A stretch of 48,274 nt of DNA from Catajapyx aquilonaris (Eukaryota), in assembly GCA_000934665.2 (NCBI GenBank), contig JYFJ02002968.1:1-48274 (forward strand), given 5' to 3'. Positions 22,745 to 35,200 of this stretch are shown here, one piece after another (position 1 is the stretch's first letter; each line of letters opens with the position of its first letter). Below the pieces are notes generated by a model that was not told where the DNA came from, ran no database searches, and saw only the letters and a list, made by a program, of their open reading frames with translations. Position numbers and translations under genes: made by a program.

Positions 22745-25700
22745 ATGAGGCCTGGAACGGTTCCAATGGCGGCCAACCGCATCCTGTGGTTCGAGTTCCT
22801 GCTGGACCAGACCCTGCTGGAGAATCACATCAAGAAGGAAAACCCAGGTTTGGGCCACACTTCCATAATTTGGAAACCAAAAATAATAATAATATAAATA
22901 TTTCCAGATCCAACGACGACAGAACTGATTGTCCAGCTCCTGGCCAATGCCCAGTCCAAAGAGAACGACAAGCCGGACGCAGAGAATAACGGCCAGCGGA
23001 AAGCGGAGGAGATGCCAACCAGGAAGGCGCTGGCACTCAAGTACCTGGTGCTTAAAATCGCATCGTACTTGAAGTGGGATCTCACCTTGTTAGGATCAAA
23101 GTGAGCGGCAGCGATTCGTGACCGTCAATCTTATTGCACGCAGAGAGAGCATGTTGCCTTAAAAGCAGGCCACTAAGCAGTATATTTATTTATTTATTTT
23201 TAATTACTGATTATTAAATTTATTATGTTCCATGTTTGACTGTAATTTATGTCTTTATTTTGATCACTAATTATTCAGTTTTATTGCTTATTTATTTTAA
23301 TCATTATTTAGTCAGTTTAATTGCATATTTATTTTAATCGTTAATTTATTGTAATTGCTTATTTATTTTAATCGTTAGTTATTTAATTACTAATTTAATT
23401 AGTGTGTTCCCATTTTACTTTATTTTATGCTAATTTATTGATTAATTGCTTATTAATTTTCCGATTTGTTTGATTATTTATTTATTAATTTTAATTACTT
23501 ATTTAATATTGTGTTCCAGTTATAGACTATTTTATGCTATTTTATTAATTAATTGCTTATTAATGTACTCGTTTGTGTAATTAATAATTTGCTCACTTGT
23601 GTAATTAATAATTTACTCATTTGTGTAATTAATAGTTTACTCATTTGTGTAATTAATAGTTTACTTGTTTGTTTGATTATTTATTTATTACATACCCCAT
23701 TAAAGATGCCTGATGTCTCATTGTGGTGGGGACACATGTTCAAGTACGAGCAAGTACTCGTACTACAGAAATTAAGTACAAAAAGGACATTCTGTTCCGA
23801 ATAGTCTAAAGAAAAAAGTATGCAATTTAAATATAGCATCCTCTTTTTACAAACTACGAGGTAAGTATTGCTGGTTATAAATGGGGGAATTTAAAAAAAC
23901 TAAAAACTAATAAAATTGAACGTGGTTTCAGGACGAAGCAGTGGTGGAATTAATCGTACTGTTGTTGCACTTTTTGTCACCCAGAATACCGCTGAAGATG
24001 CAGCAGACTTTGCTTCAAGACTTGGTCACAGTGACCTCTGAGCGACCTGTTGACCCTTACCAGTTTGGGGCAGATGTGTCGACCCTGCCAGATCACGTCC
24101 TGTTTGCTGTCAGCCTGTACCATCGATGGTGCCTGCGGGCAGTTCGCAACCACCATGTGCTGTCCAAGCCTGATAGAACTGTGCATATCGCAGTGTGAGT
24201 CCAAGTTTTGCGTCATACTTTTGTATGAATTCTACATGGTTATGGCCAGATGTTTATAAGCTAATTGAATTAAAAACTTGATTACACAGCCCAGGGCAGC
24301 AAGATCCCGCTTTTGTGACACCTGCTGTAACCGAAGCACTCATGAGAAATTTGGAGAGCAGGGCAAATGAATCGGTGGCAATATTAGAAAACATTGTGGC
24401 ACTCAGACGAGCGCCATTGCTGCCAACATTTGAGACATTTTCTACGCTCCGAGAAGGATGCGAGGTTGCAAAACATGCCTGGGATAAAGGCGTGCAGATG
24501 TCCAGCGAGGAATTTGCATGCCAGGTACATTCAGTCATTTAATTTTCTGTCATGAGGCATATGTCAAGTAATATGAAATCTTTTCAGTTGCACTACGATC
24601 TCGGATGCTTCTGTTTCTTCAAAACGGATTATAAGCCTGCACGCAATCACATCTCAAAGGCGGCCAATTTTTACGAGCAGCTGGAAGGCCCCTCGCACTA
24701 CTTGTCCATCAAGGAAGGCGAGATGAAAGGGTATTGCATCGCCTGCGGAATCAAGTCAAACGCCATCAAGGAAACGCCCACAGCAAAGTTTCATAATTCT
24801 GTCCGAAACAAGTACAATGTAAGTTGGCTGAGGAATTACGTTCTGTTCAACTACTCTGCGAGCCGAGATGATCCTTTAAAATTATGCTGCACTCCATGTT
24901 GATAGGCCGCACTTACACGTGAGCGATTTGATCAGCAATGTGAAGCACTGAGCATTGGGAACAAAATGTGATTGTTACTTTCGCCCCAAACAATTGGTTT
25001 TATTGCTCGAATCGCTTACATGTAAACGCGGCCTTATAACGGTCTGAATGTGATACAGAATTAACTAGCCTTCCGCATTATCCATGAACATTCACACAAT
25101 GTGTTATTTCTTAAAAACTAGTGCAGGCAATTACTGTATTACTATTCACAGGGAATGATTGATATCCTGCGGAGGGATAACGTTACTAAGGAGATACGCA
25201 TGGTGTATCGTGACGTTTTAGAGACTGATCTCCAGGCAGTGGTGACGAACAAGATGCAGCCAGTCCCCGACAGTCTGTTGCCTCAAGTTCAAGCGCACAA
25301 TATAGTCCGGAGAGTCTTGGAGGACAAAGTTATTGTGCGGGATTGCACATCGGATATCAAAAAACCAGGGGTTGCGACCTTTCTGAAGGAGGCATTCGCT
25401 GACGTGATGGATTCAGCCACTGCGGAGGAGAAGAAACGCGTTCGGGAATTCGTGAAGAATCTACCTAAGGAGTGTGGCAACTTGTCTCAGTTGCCTGATT
25501 TCGACAGTGTGGCGGTGGAGGTGAAGAAACTGCCAGTTAAAAAGTCAAGTGTGGATAAGGACGAGCAAAATATGTGGCAAGGTATGTCACATCGCATGGG
25601 CAACAACAAGCGATATGAGTTTTTTGTATGAACATTATGGCCACATTCCAGGACATGACGAGCTACGTTTCGGTGAACTTCGACAGACCCTAATGTCATC

Positions 25701-27875
25701 GTACGACCCTTCAGATATTGCCAAATGCATGGACGAACTTGCAGCAAGACGCCAGACAAACTTATTGAAACTTAATATGAAGGTAAAGCCGCACAAATAA
25801 TATCTGCAGAGAGACATTAAATGTGTTTCTTTTTCAGTGGGATTTGCCAATACCACTTCAGAGCGTCATATTAGGACTTCCTGAAGGGCATCTTCAAGAT
25901 TATTGCTACATTTTCTTGGCCAAATCAAAGGAGCTGCTGGTAGTGAAGGTAAGTCGTCAATTTGTTGCGATCGGAATCTTTTATTAGCCACCAGTCCGAT
26001 AGGGAAGTAAACCATTTGTTCATGGAGCAAGTTGCTGAATTACGCATTTTGTAAATTGCAGAAATTTGCGGAGGCAAAGAGCTTTTTGGATGCTGTGCAA
26101 TCAAAACTTAAGAAGAACTCGGCACAGCTTGGAAACGACGGCCACAAACTGAGCGTGCTGATCCTCTGGGAGACGCTTCTAGTGGACATCATTCAGTTCT
26201 TCCACGATTGGCCCAACAACACAAGTATGTACATGAATACTTTACAATTATTAGTTCTCGATAAACAGTATTATTCTGTTTCAGATGCGGACCACTTGAA
26301 GTCAAAGTGCAAGGAGCTCCTTATGCATGGAAAAGACAAGATAATCCCTCGGACTGAAGTGGTGGAGTATGCTGAGTCGTTGCTGCTCAATGTTCGTGAG
26401 TGGAGCTTCGTATCTGAACTGGAAGCCAGGTCCAGTTACATGGAAATGGCGACTGCTTTGGCTGGAGTTTGTCATGCGCACATGAAGATGGAGATCAACA
26501 AGAAGAGTGTCAAAGACGCTTGGGATATGGGTATGAAGTTTAATTGCATTTTTACTATCCTACTGAAGAATCCAAAAATTAGAGTGATTATAAATACAAT
26601 TTCACATTTTAATGTTTAAGACTGGTTGATTCATAACAAGTGTAGAGAATGTGATTGTTAGTGCTCGTAAATTAATTTAAAGTGTATCCATTTCAGTGAC
26701 GCCCATGTTTGTGAACACGCTTGTTACGAAGCGAGTGGCGACCTTAGCAGGCGGATCAGTGAAGCGAGACAATGCAACTGGTGGCATGAGCCTCAACACT
26801 TTCAACCAATTCATACAAAACATGTACGACGCCACGGTTCTGTCCATCCTCATCTCGCTTCTTTCGCGCCTCTATAACGTGTTGAAGGATGAACCAAATG
26901 CGGAAATTACACTGGAGCATCCGTACATACATATATGGCCTGCCGTAATCAGCAAGTAAGCTATTTAATGACTCGTTGTCAAGTTTAAACTTCTCATTTA
27001 TTTTCAGCTGATGTGATACATGTAATACATCTCATATGCACTTGTGTGTAATATGCGTCATAATACATATGGATTATAGCGTTTGATGAGTTTGTGACAA
27101 TGTGAATTCCAATCGCAACCATTTCAATGATTTTGCAGCCCTATGTCGTACAACCTGGCCTTAACTGGCGAATATCTCGGATCATTGCTGGATCACGCCC
27201 TGTCTTTATATCCGACAAATGTGCCGTGGCTGAAGATTTCTGCTGATCTGAACTTTGGTATGCATCTAACTCAGAGATAACGCTAGTCTGTTGGAGTAAA
27301 TGCTTAATGCAAACTCATAACTACTGCATAATTTTCGTTGTAACAGTGACATGTCGCTACCCGTCGGCCATGAGGCGATACGTGGAGGCTGGTGCAGTGG
27401 CAAGCGATTACTTCAATCAGCAGGTGCCCAAGGGGGTGTTTGACAACCAGACGTATCGGCGCATGGTCCGCTGCTGCACGCAGATGGACTACTTCACACA
27501 AGCAGCCGTATTATGCCAGTTCCTCGAAGCCGAAACGGACTACTCCCTGATATGGAAGTGCCTCCAGGAGAAAAATTGTGGGGACGGGATGGACTTTTAT
27601 TACAACAGCTTCTGGGACGTCACCGTACTTGAATTTCTGGTTTGTTTGCATCACAAGCGAGGGGAGGTGCAGAAAAAACAAGCAGCCGTAAGTGCGGTTA
27701 AATGGTAGGCGAAGTAGCGATATCGCTAACTTTGTTTTCTTTTCAGCTGAAGGTGATGGGTCTGCTGGAATTGAACTCCAACAACAATGAGGAGATCAAA
27801 AGGGAAGCAGCCAACATAAGGAAGTCGCGCTTTCTGAGGGCCCTCGCTAAGCAGTACAACATCATTACTTGTTAA
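22745..27875 (+). CDS. IntS8: Integrator complex subunit 8
   Basis: N-terminal MRPGTVPMAANRILWFEFLLD (WFEF, the PP2A-binding motif), DPTTTELIVQLL, LKIASYLKWDL; internal CQ|LHYDLGCF. C-terminal QAAVLCQFL, SFWDVTVLEFL, LELNSNNNEEIKREAANIRKSRFLRALAKQY; TAA at 27873-27875. The start may extend slightly upstream (in-frame VDES precedes the ATG). Confidence 0.95.
23557..23672 (+). repeat. 24-bp minisatellite (~4-5 copies) in an AT-rich IntS8 intron
   Basis: Unit TTAATAATTTACTCATTTGTGTAA repeated with minor variation; it produces the spurious ORF 23553-23804. Confidence 0.85.
24905..25033. mobile_element. PIF/Harbinger-like MITE family C, copy 2 (IntS8 intron)
   Basis: TIRs GGCCGCACTTACACGTGAGCGATT / AATCGCTTACATGTAAACGCGGCC; flanks ATA / TTA; internal TTTCGCCCCAAACAATTGGTTT. 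Confidence 0.8.
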
Positions 27876-27925
27876 TTGACTCCGGTGCTTTTTTGCATGT
27901 GCGTATCATTGTCGTGCATGCGTAA

Positions 27926-28057
27926 GGCCACGTTTACATGTGAGCAATGAAACCAATTTTAGAAGCGAAAATAAATCGTTGCTTTCGCCCCCAAACAATT
28001 GGTTTTCGTCGCATCATTGCACGTCGCTCATCAAATTGCTAACATGTAAACGCTGCC
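27926..28057. mobile_element. PIF/Harbinger-like MITE family C, copy 3 (IntS8 3' region)
   Basis: TAA|GGCCACGTTTACATGTGAGCAAT ... ATTGCTAACATGTAAACGCTGCC; internal TTTCGCCCCCAAACAATTGGTTT. Confidence 0.78.
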
Positions 28058-28216
28058 AGTCGTGTTAGTTTTACATCCCTTGAGAATATGTTGATTAAAT
28101 TAGCATTAAATGACTTCCATTTTGTACAATCTGTTTGATATGAAAAGTCAGTAAACTTTGCATGTAAATTCTCTTCTTTATATTGTCATTCTAACGTGTC
28201 ATATTCAATCAATCAA

Positions 28217-30345
28217 TCAATTTGATTTCTTCCAGAAAATTTCCAGGAGAAGTACGAAGCATGAGAGAATCATTCCGATGAGCCACATGTAAATAGTAGA
28301 ACCCAATCTCGCAAAATTTAGGAGGCTCTCGGATTCATGCTTAGACTTCTTTTCGTTTATCCTCTTAAAGTATTCTTTAATGAAATTGCAGTAATTGACA
28401 CGGGCTTCTATTGCAGTGTGTACGTTGCCTGATACCATTCCACGATTTACTTCGTTAAGGAGATCAACGTAAATGTGATCACGGCCTGTAGAAGCCCCTG
28501 TGAACACTGATATTGTAGGCTTCGGAGATACTTGTATGTTGAAGCTCCCATCGCTGTTCATGAAGTAATCTTTCTCTCTGCGGTACAGAAAGTCAATCAA
28601 GTAGCATGCAAAGTCTTCTTCCATTGTTCGTTCTATGCATTCGTGAATGTTCGGTACTACCTGCCCACCCCGTATCGCAGCACTCATCATCGGATCAGTC
28701 TCGATCGATTCTCCCACGCAAATTGATATCGCAAGGACTAAAATTGTCGGCGCTCCCCACTTAATTCTAGATTGCGAGACTAATTCGTCGATGCTCCCAG
28801 GCAGAAACTCGGTGGGCGGAAAAGTAATGAATGCCACCAGCTTTGTTTTGTAGCAGCAAGTTATGATCACTGCAAATGCGAAGAACAACGCCAGAAAAAC
28901 AGGAATTGAATTACTAGAATCAAGTGCAAGAGACGGTTGCTCTAAGTAGACACGAATTAGTTGTTTTACGCTGCTGTAGACATGAGCGCAAAATGATGTG
29001 GATTGCTTGCGATGGAATTTATCAAGCGTTCGAAGGACAATAGCGCATATTAGGACGGACGTGATCAGAGCGATCCACATTTGCCAACTGAACGGCATTA
29101 CTATTACGTACCACTTAATGTCCAACCTTGGCGTTCTCGTTACAAAAATAATGTCCCAAAACATTACAGGGTAAAACAATGCTGTGGCCTTGGCCGAAAC
29201 ATTAGTGTGCACTGTGACGAGCATTCCATCCAGATTTCCAAACACGACTGGTCTGGTCATTCCGGCAAGACTTCCGTTTTCGTGCAGTTCAGACCCTGTG
29301 ATGTCCGGAACTGTTATGACGTATGACACGTTAAAAATAGATTCGTACACCATCAGAAATTCCTCGGCTACAGACACCTTCTGATCATTTTTTCTCCGCA
29401 TTCTGGCATCTTCCATGTCGATGGCTTCGACATGACCGAGATGTAAAGTGCTACCGTTCTGATAACGCGGCGGTTCAGGAAAGAGCACGTTACTCGCAAA
29501 AACATGATCACCGTGATACAAAGGCGGTGCAAATGTGTGTTTCCCCGCATCGCAAGAGTAACAGACAGTGTGGAACATCAACTTCCGTTTACGTTGGTCA
29601 AAAGTGGATATTAATTTGAGCTTAATTCCTTGGATTGGATCTTTGAACAACCATTCCCGAGCGGGGTACCAGTGCCGTACATGTGTATATAGAAAGGGTC
29701 GTGCAGATTTCTGATCAGAAACGAAGCTGCCGAGTGCATGATAAGTTCAGGTACACTAGATACATTCTTGACCAGGAAAACGTTGAGTGCGCATGTGCCT
29801 CCAGGCCATAGTCCAGACCTGATATCCGGTGGTTGAGTCCTGAAGGAAAGGAGGTGCTCATACTTCCATATCCAAGGGTAATCCTCAGGTTTGAATGGAA
29901 ACGACTGCATCCGGCTGATCACCATCGGGAGATGTCGGGTTACCTGATTCCGAATCAGCATCCCCTCCAGAGGCCTGCTTAGATCCGGATGATCCAGTCC
30001 CATCCCGAGGGAGCAATCTGGATAATGGGACTCCAGGATCTCCCAAATAAAGCGGGCCACATGAGCATCTTCCTCGTCGACGGATGCAAAGCGGACATTA
30101 TTCTTGGGACCATTCTATGGAACATTAAATTCGTACAATAATTATCAAGTAGTGTGGTCCGCATTGGAAACCGCAGCAATGTTAAGCTTTTTATGATTGG
30201 AAATAATTAATTGCTCAACAATTCATGTAACAGAAAAAGTATGGTGCATATTGTGTACATGAGCGTGTACAGTACATACCAGTTCTGAAAATGCGAATAA
30301 TTTGCTTTGCAGAAGTACCAGGAGAATAAATATGTTTAAACCCAT
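28217..30345 (-). CDS. Divergent ionotropic receptor (IR, variant iGluR family) with an apparent 1-nt frameshift
   Basis: Signal-peptide exon 30345-30280 (MGLNIFILLVLLQSKLFAFSEL|GTATGT), acceptor at 30114, then a single long exon. IR hallmarks: NGSLAGM, FVTRTPR, IVMPFSWQMWIALI (M1), VYLEQ (pore loop), IITCCYKTKLVAFITFP...SIDEL (M3/S2), LGSTIYMWLIGMILSCFVLLLEI (M4). The frame changes near 29660-29690. Confidence 0.8.
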
Positions 30346-30879
30346 TGTGAACAACATGTCTCTCGGTACTGATATCAACACAGCAATACAATGTGTCGTA
30401 AGCAACACGATGCTCTTTGGCAAATTTTCACGAAATGTGACAAGTCACTTACTGGACAGAATTTCTCAAGAAATGATTGATGTAATAGTATGTACCAAAG
30501 AGTGTAATTTCAGCTATTAACCTATTTAATATGAAGTAATTGAGTGCAGGTGTCAAGTGCTGGCTTCGAGATAATATCTAAGAAGCATTTGTACAAATGC
30601 GTCATACATCAGACTACATAATTTTATTGATTCAGACAATTAGTACTTTCCACGAATGTAATTGATACTATAGGAAACAGTCCAAATTTTGTTACGGTAC
30701 ATAACTTGAGCGTTGAGCCACATATTTTTAAATTATTGTGAAAATTGGTGAGAAAATGTGAGAATCATAATAATTAAACCCGCCCTGTGTTAAATATTAC
30801 AGATTACACTTCATACAGTTTGAGTGGTGCCGACCAGTGCCTACTGTTGCATGATAGATACCGCTTCATAAAACTCCAG

Positions 30880-31006
30880 GGGGTGGACTCATCAAATGCC
30901 GTAAGTGCGTCGAAATCATACATAGGTACAGTTAATTATTAGTAATTCTGGTTACTGGTTACGACGAAAATGTGATTTACTACGACATATTTGATGGATC
31001 CAGCCC
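30880..31006. mobile_element. MITE with a 3-bp CAG TSD (Harbinger-like)
   Basis: TIRs GGGGTGGACTCATCAAAT / ATTTGATGGATCCAGCCC (15/18 match); CAG at 30877-30879 and 31007-31009. Confidence 0.72.
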
Positions 31007-31379
31007 CAGAAGCTCAATTTTAATTATAGCCTATAATTTTATGTAAATTTTTTGAATTTATTCCTGAACTTGTATAGTAATCCTGCTGATAAGATATGTA
31101 CCACGACACGTGAAGAAGGTTATAAATCGACGGTTAAATAATGCAAAAATGTTGTCTCAAATAATGGTGATAAAATACCCGCAGTCAGTATCGACGGTAT
31201 GTTCACCTCATGTAGTTTAGAAATAATCGCACATCTTCCTACGAATGTTATTGTTAACATTACAAGTTACTGTCTGTTAATACTTATAAGTTATAGCTGG
31301 TTATAGTGGAAAGTTAATCAGTAGTTGTATATCATAATTTCGGTGATATTAATTAATAATTACAATTAATTACAAAATT

Positions 31380-31660
31380 TAAAATGAAATTTAAAGTCGA
31401 TCTAATGTGATTGAAATTAATTTTAAGATTGATTTAATATGATTTACATTAAATTTGAAATTGATTAATTCCATTTAATTCGCGATTGATTTAATACAAT
31501 TTCATTCGAAGTTGATTTGATTCAATTTCAGTTGAAATTCATTTGATTCGATTCGATTTGAAATTAATTTGATTCGATTCGATTTGAAATTCATTAGATT
31601 TGATTTAAAGTTGATTTGAAATTCATTAGATTAGATTTAGGGTTAATTTTAAATGTCATT
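31380..31660. repeat. AT-rich degenerate short tandem repeat
   Basis: Recurrent GATTTGAAATT(C/A)ATT(T/A)GATTC and GATTC units. Confidence 0.65.
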
Positions 31661-31980
31661 TAAAATTAAAATAAAGTAAGCAAATAAAGATTACGCTATA
31701 AAACTATTCTGTTAATTCGTGTTAATTGTGTCCAAAGGAACGGACCGGAAGTCGTTACTCGGGTGTGTTCAGTTCTCTCAGGCATGTAAGGAAAGTGACA
31801 GTTGGCCGTTACGAAAATTATTCAACAATTCGATCATGTGCAGTTACTGTATTAGTAGAATGCACTGCATATTCATATAGGCATGAACATGTGTACTACT
31901 TGAAATAACAAAGCCGAACCAGCCGCTTCTACCGACCATTTCCTTTCCATTCTCTGCTCCCCACATTGCTCGAGTACTGT

Positions 31981-32043
31981 GTGACGTCACGCATTAATCT
32001 GAATCCGCACCAACTGAACGCACCCGGCCTCAGTTGGCGCGAA
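31981..32043 (+). promoter_or_regulatory. Candidate cell-cycle promoter elements of rod
   Basis: CRE palindrome GTGACGTCAC (31981-31990), Myb/E-box-like CAACTG and CAGTTG, and E2F-type TTGGCGCGAA (32034-32043), about 200 bp upstream of the ATG. Motif matches only. Confidence 0.45.
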
Positions 32044-32243
32044 CGGCTAGTCGGCTGCAGCTCTTTCTCCGAAGGTCTGTCCTTCTTTGTTCGATTTAAT
32101 GGCTCGTCCCACTGCTATGCCCGCTGCCGATTGAGAAGTACCCATCCCCAACACTGCTACGGGCAGTGGGTAGCCGTGGGACGCAAATTCCAAGCAAATA
32201 ATCATCATAATCATCATCAATCATTAGGTCCAGTGCTCCAAAG

Positions 32244-35200
32244 ATGTGGGAAGCGAATGTCCCGAACAGCGATGCGTGTGTCACCAGGGCAGTGAGCACG
32301 CCTCACTTGCAGGTGCAGAGGCTGCTCAACCTCACCAACTATGATGTGAGTGTGTGTGTCTGTCTGCAGGGTACTGTAGAGTGATTGGGTACCTGTTCAT
32401 GTCGGTTGCAGGTTCAGTCGAATCCTGAGGTGCATGCGTCGGTCCAGGATTCCATGGTGGCCGTCTTCATTTCGAGTCAGGACGGCACCTCCCAGCTCGT
32501 CTTGTTCGACTCCGGCTCTTGCGAGTCGCAGTGCGTTGGTCTCAGCCACTCCGTCGATTGCAGCGCGTGGAGTTCAGACGGCCTGTTCTTGCTTCTGGCC
32601 TTGTCCAACGGTGCGCTCAACCTGGTGTACACTCCTGATGGGACCACAGTGGTCTGCCGCCAGGCCATGCCCGCCCCTGAAGAAGGAGAGCCAGCCTTTT
32701 GCTCCGTTGACATGAACACCGAAGCCATTACAGTTGTAGGGACCCACAGCAAGATTCTCAGGTAACTTGTCACTGTGTAATACTAATGGTACTTTTATTT
32801 ATTTGTTAATTTCTTTATTATTATTTATTTTAAATACCCCGTGCTGGCCCTTTTGGGGGCCCTTTTTTCGAAATGCTCCGGTCAAAGGGCAGGGTGACTG
32901 GGAGGGGATGTGCAAGTGCAATGTCGTTGCTTGATCGTTTTGTGAACTCCCCCGGGTGGATTAGTCTGTCGGAAATTCCACCCGAGACGAAGCCAGAGAC
33001 GACCCAACTCTGCACGAGATGAAGGGGGGCACCCCGGGGGGGAATTGAACCCGTGACCTTACCATCCATGGGCGCATACATGACGCAGCGCCACTCCCCT
33101 ACTTTTATTTGTTTAGTTGTCTACTAGCAATGGAGCACATTCGCCCTATGGCCTGTTTCAACAATCAGTGTTTATTTGATGCCATGGTAACCCGTAGCCA
33201 TGGAGACCTGTTGCCATGTGCAGTACAAACGAACTTTCCTTTATATACATAATATTTATGTATTTGTTTGTTTGGACGGCAGATTTACCAACTTGCAGTT
33301 TGAGTTGATGACGGAGCTCCTAGGAGGAGGGAAGTTTGAGGAGGCGTCCAAACTGCAGGAAGGGATGATCTTTGAAGACATTGACGTCCTGGATGGAATG
33401 AAGGTTTGTTAATTGTTTCACTAGTACATGATAATGCTTCATATTACACCATTGTATTAATATTTTGAAAATGTATTGCAGCTTAAGACAGCTGTGTCGT
33501 TCCAACACTGTGGCTCAGATCACTTGATTGCAACCACGTGGGATCGGCAGATTGCACTGGTGAATCTGAGCACCAAAGTAGTGGTTGTGCAGGAACACTA
33601 CTTGGCGGAGACGCCTATCAAGAAAGTCATCCCCATTCCGCAACATGGGTATTTAGTTTTGCTCTTTTACGATTTGCGAGTGAAAAAAAAAGGACACGTT
33701 GGAAATTATTATTCGTAACAATGCTTCTCACTTCCAGTTATGTGATAGGCCTGACTGAGTGTGGCTGTTTGCATATGTTCTTGATGGAACTACTAGTTGT
33801 GTGTGACGTGTGGCAAGAGCACAGGGTGACTGACTTCTCCTGGCTCGGGGAGAGCAGTGGGAAGGAGCTGAGCTTTTTGTTGCTGACATCGGACCATCAG
33901 ATCAGGGTGGCTGTTGCCCCAGGATTTGTCATTGAGCACAGCGTGGCCGTCAACCGACTGGTGACCTTACCACACTTTCCCAGCGGACAGGACAGGCTCT
34001 TCTTTCTCGAAGGGCATGAAGATGAGGACACTGGCATTGTCACGGAGGTCAGTTGGTTCAGACACATTTGAATCTGTCAGTAGCTAATGAAATGTGTGAA
34101 TCGCAGGTGTGTCTCCAAGAGGTGACAGAGGGGACACTGGAGATGAGGATGGAACGGCTTCTCCGTCACGCTCGTTTTACGGAAGCGGAGAAGATGGCCA
34201 TGACGTTCAACATGGACATGCAGCAAGTTCAGAAGGAGGCAGCCATGTATGCGCTGGCCAAATGGGGGCCTGATTCCACTCTTCCTCAGCTCTTGGAGAC
34301 GTTGGACCGAATTCAAGACGTTTCGTTTGTCATGGACCAGTGTGCCTCCACACTGCTGACTTCGCATGAGGATACCAGGGATCTCTGGATATACGGGGCT
34401 AAGCGGGGAGAGCAGGTCCGCATATATTTATTTGCCTCACCGCTAAAGTAGGCTATCACATCCACTTAGACGTCATGCCGGAATAATTTTTGCATCTCTG
34501 GTGTCAACCGCTGAGATTTTTCTGCATTACTTTAAAACGTTTGTTAGGTGTGCAATTTTTGAAGACATTCCTCATCATTTCAGGTCAATGACAAGAGCCA
34601 GTTGGCGGTGAAAAAACAGTTGTGGGATCAGCTGTACCAGTTGGAAACTATACAGTTGCTGTGGGACACAAACGATTCCTCTAGTTTCGACTTGTGGCAG
34701 CAGTTCTATCGGTCTGACTTGGTGTATATTTGCCAGCAATTGCTCTATGATGTAAGTGTTGATTACAAATTGTAATCTAAATTAGACACTTACCGACAAT
34801 GTCAATAATCGATTTCAATACCACAGGGCGAATTGGACCGAGCCATCGTGATATGGCAGCGTCATCCCAGCTGCAAGAGTCATGTTGTGTCAGAAGATTC
34901 AGCCGAGTCACTCTTAATGCCAGCATTGCATTTGCCTTGCGATATTCTCTTACAATGGCTGGCCGTGCTGTTGCCTGGTGTGGCCGTAGAGCACATAGAA
35001 GCACTGCCACACTTGCTCACTTTGGTGCACGACATGGCTAAGTAAGGTCCTCTTTTTTTCCCAACATTTTGTGTCACGCAGTTGAACTAACGTCACCACC
35101 CTGATGTTTTTAGGAACCTTGAGTTTAAGGAGCCCAAACAATGGCCGAGGAATGCCCTGGATTTTCTGGAGAAAATAGTGGCCATCTTGAAGGAGACGGG

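Noticed and set aside
23557..23672. 24-bp repeat as a CRISPR-like array or repetitive protein
   Set aside because: Head-to-tail units without unique spacers, in a eukaryotic intron; an ordinary minisatellite.
32846..32861. GGCCCTTTTGGGGGCC resembling a histone stem-loop
   Set aside because: Two mismatches in the loop/top pair and no AAAC/ACC flanks; it is the 3' hairpin of the minus-strand SINE.
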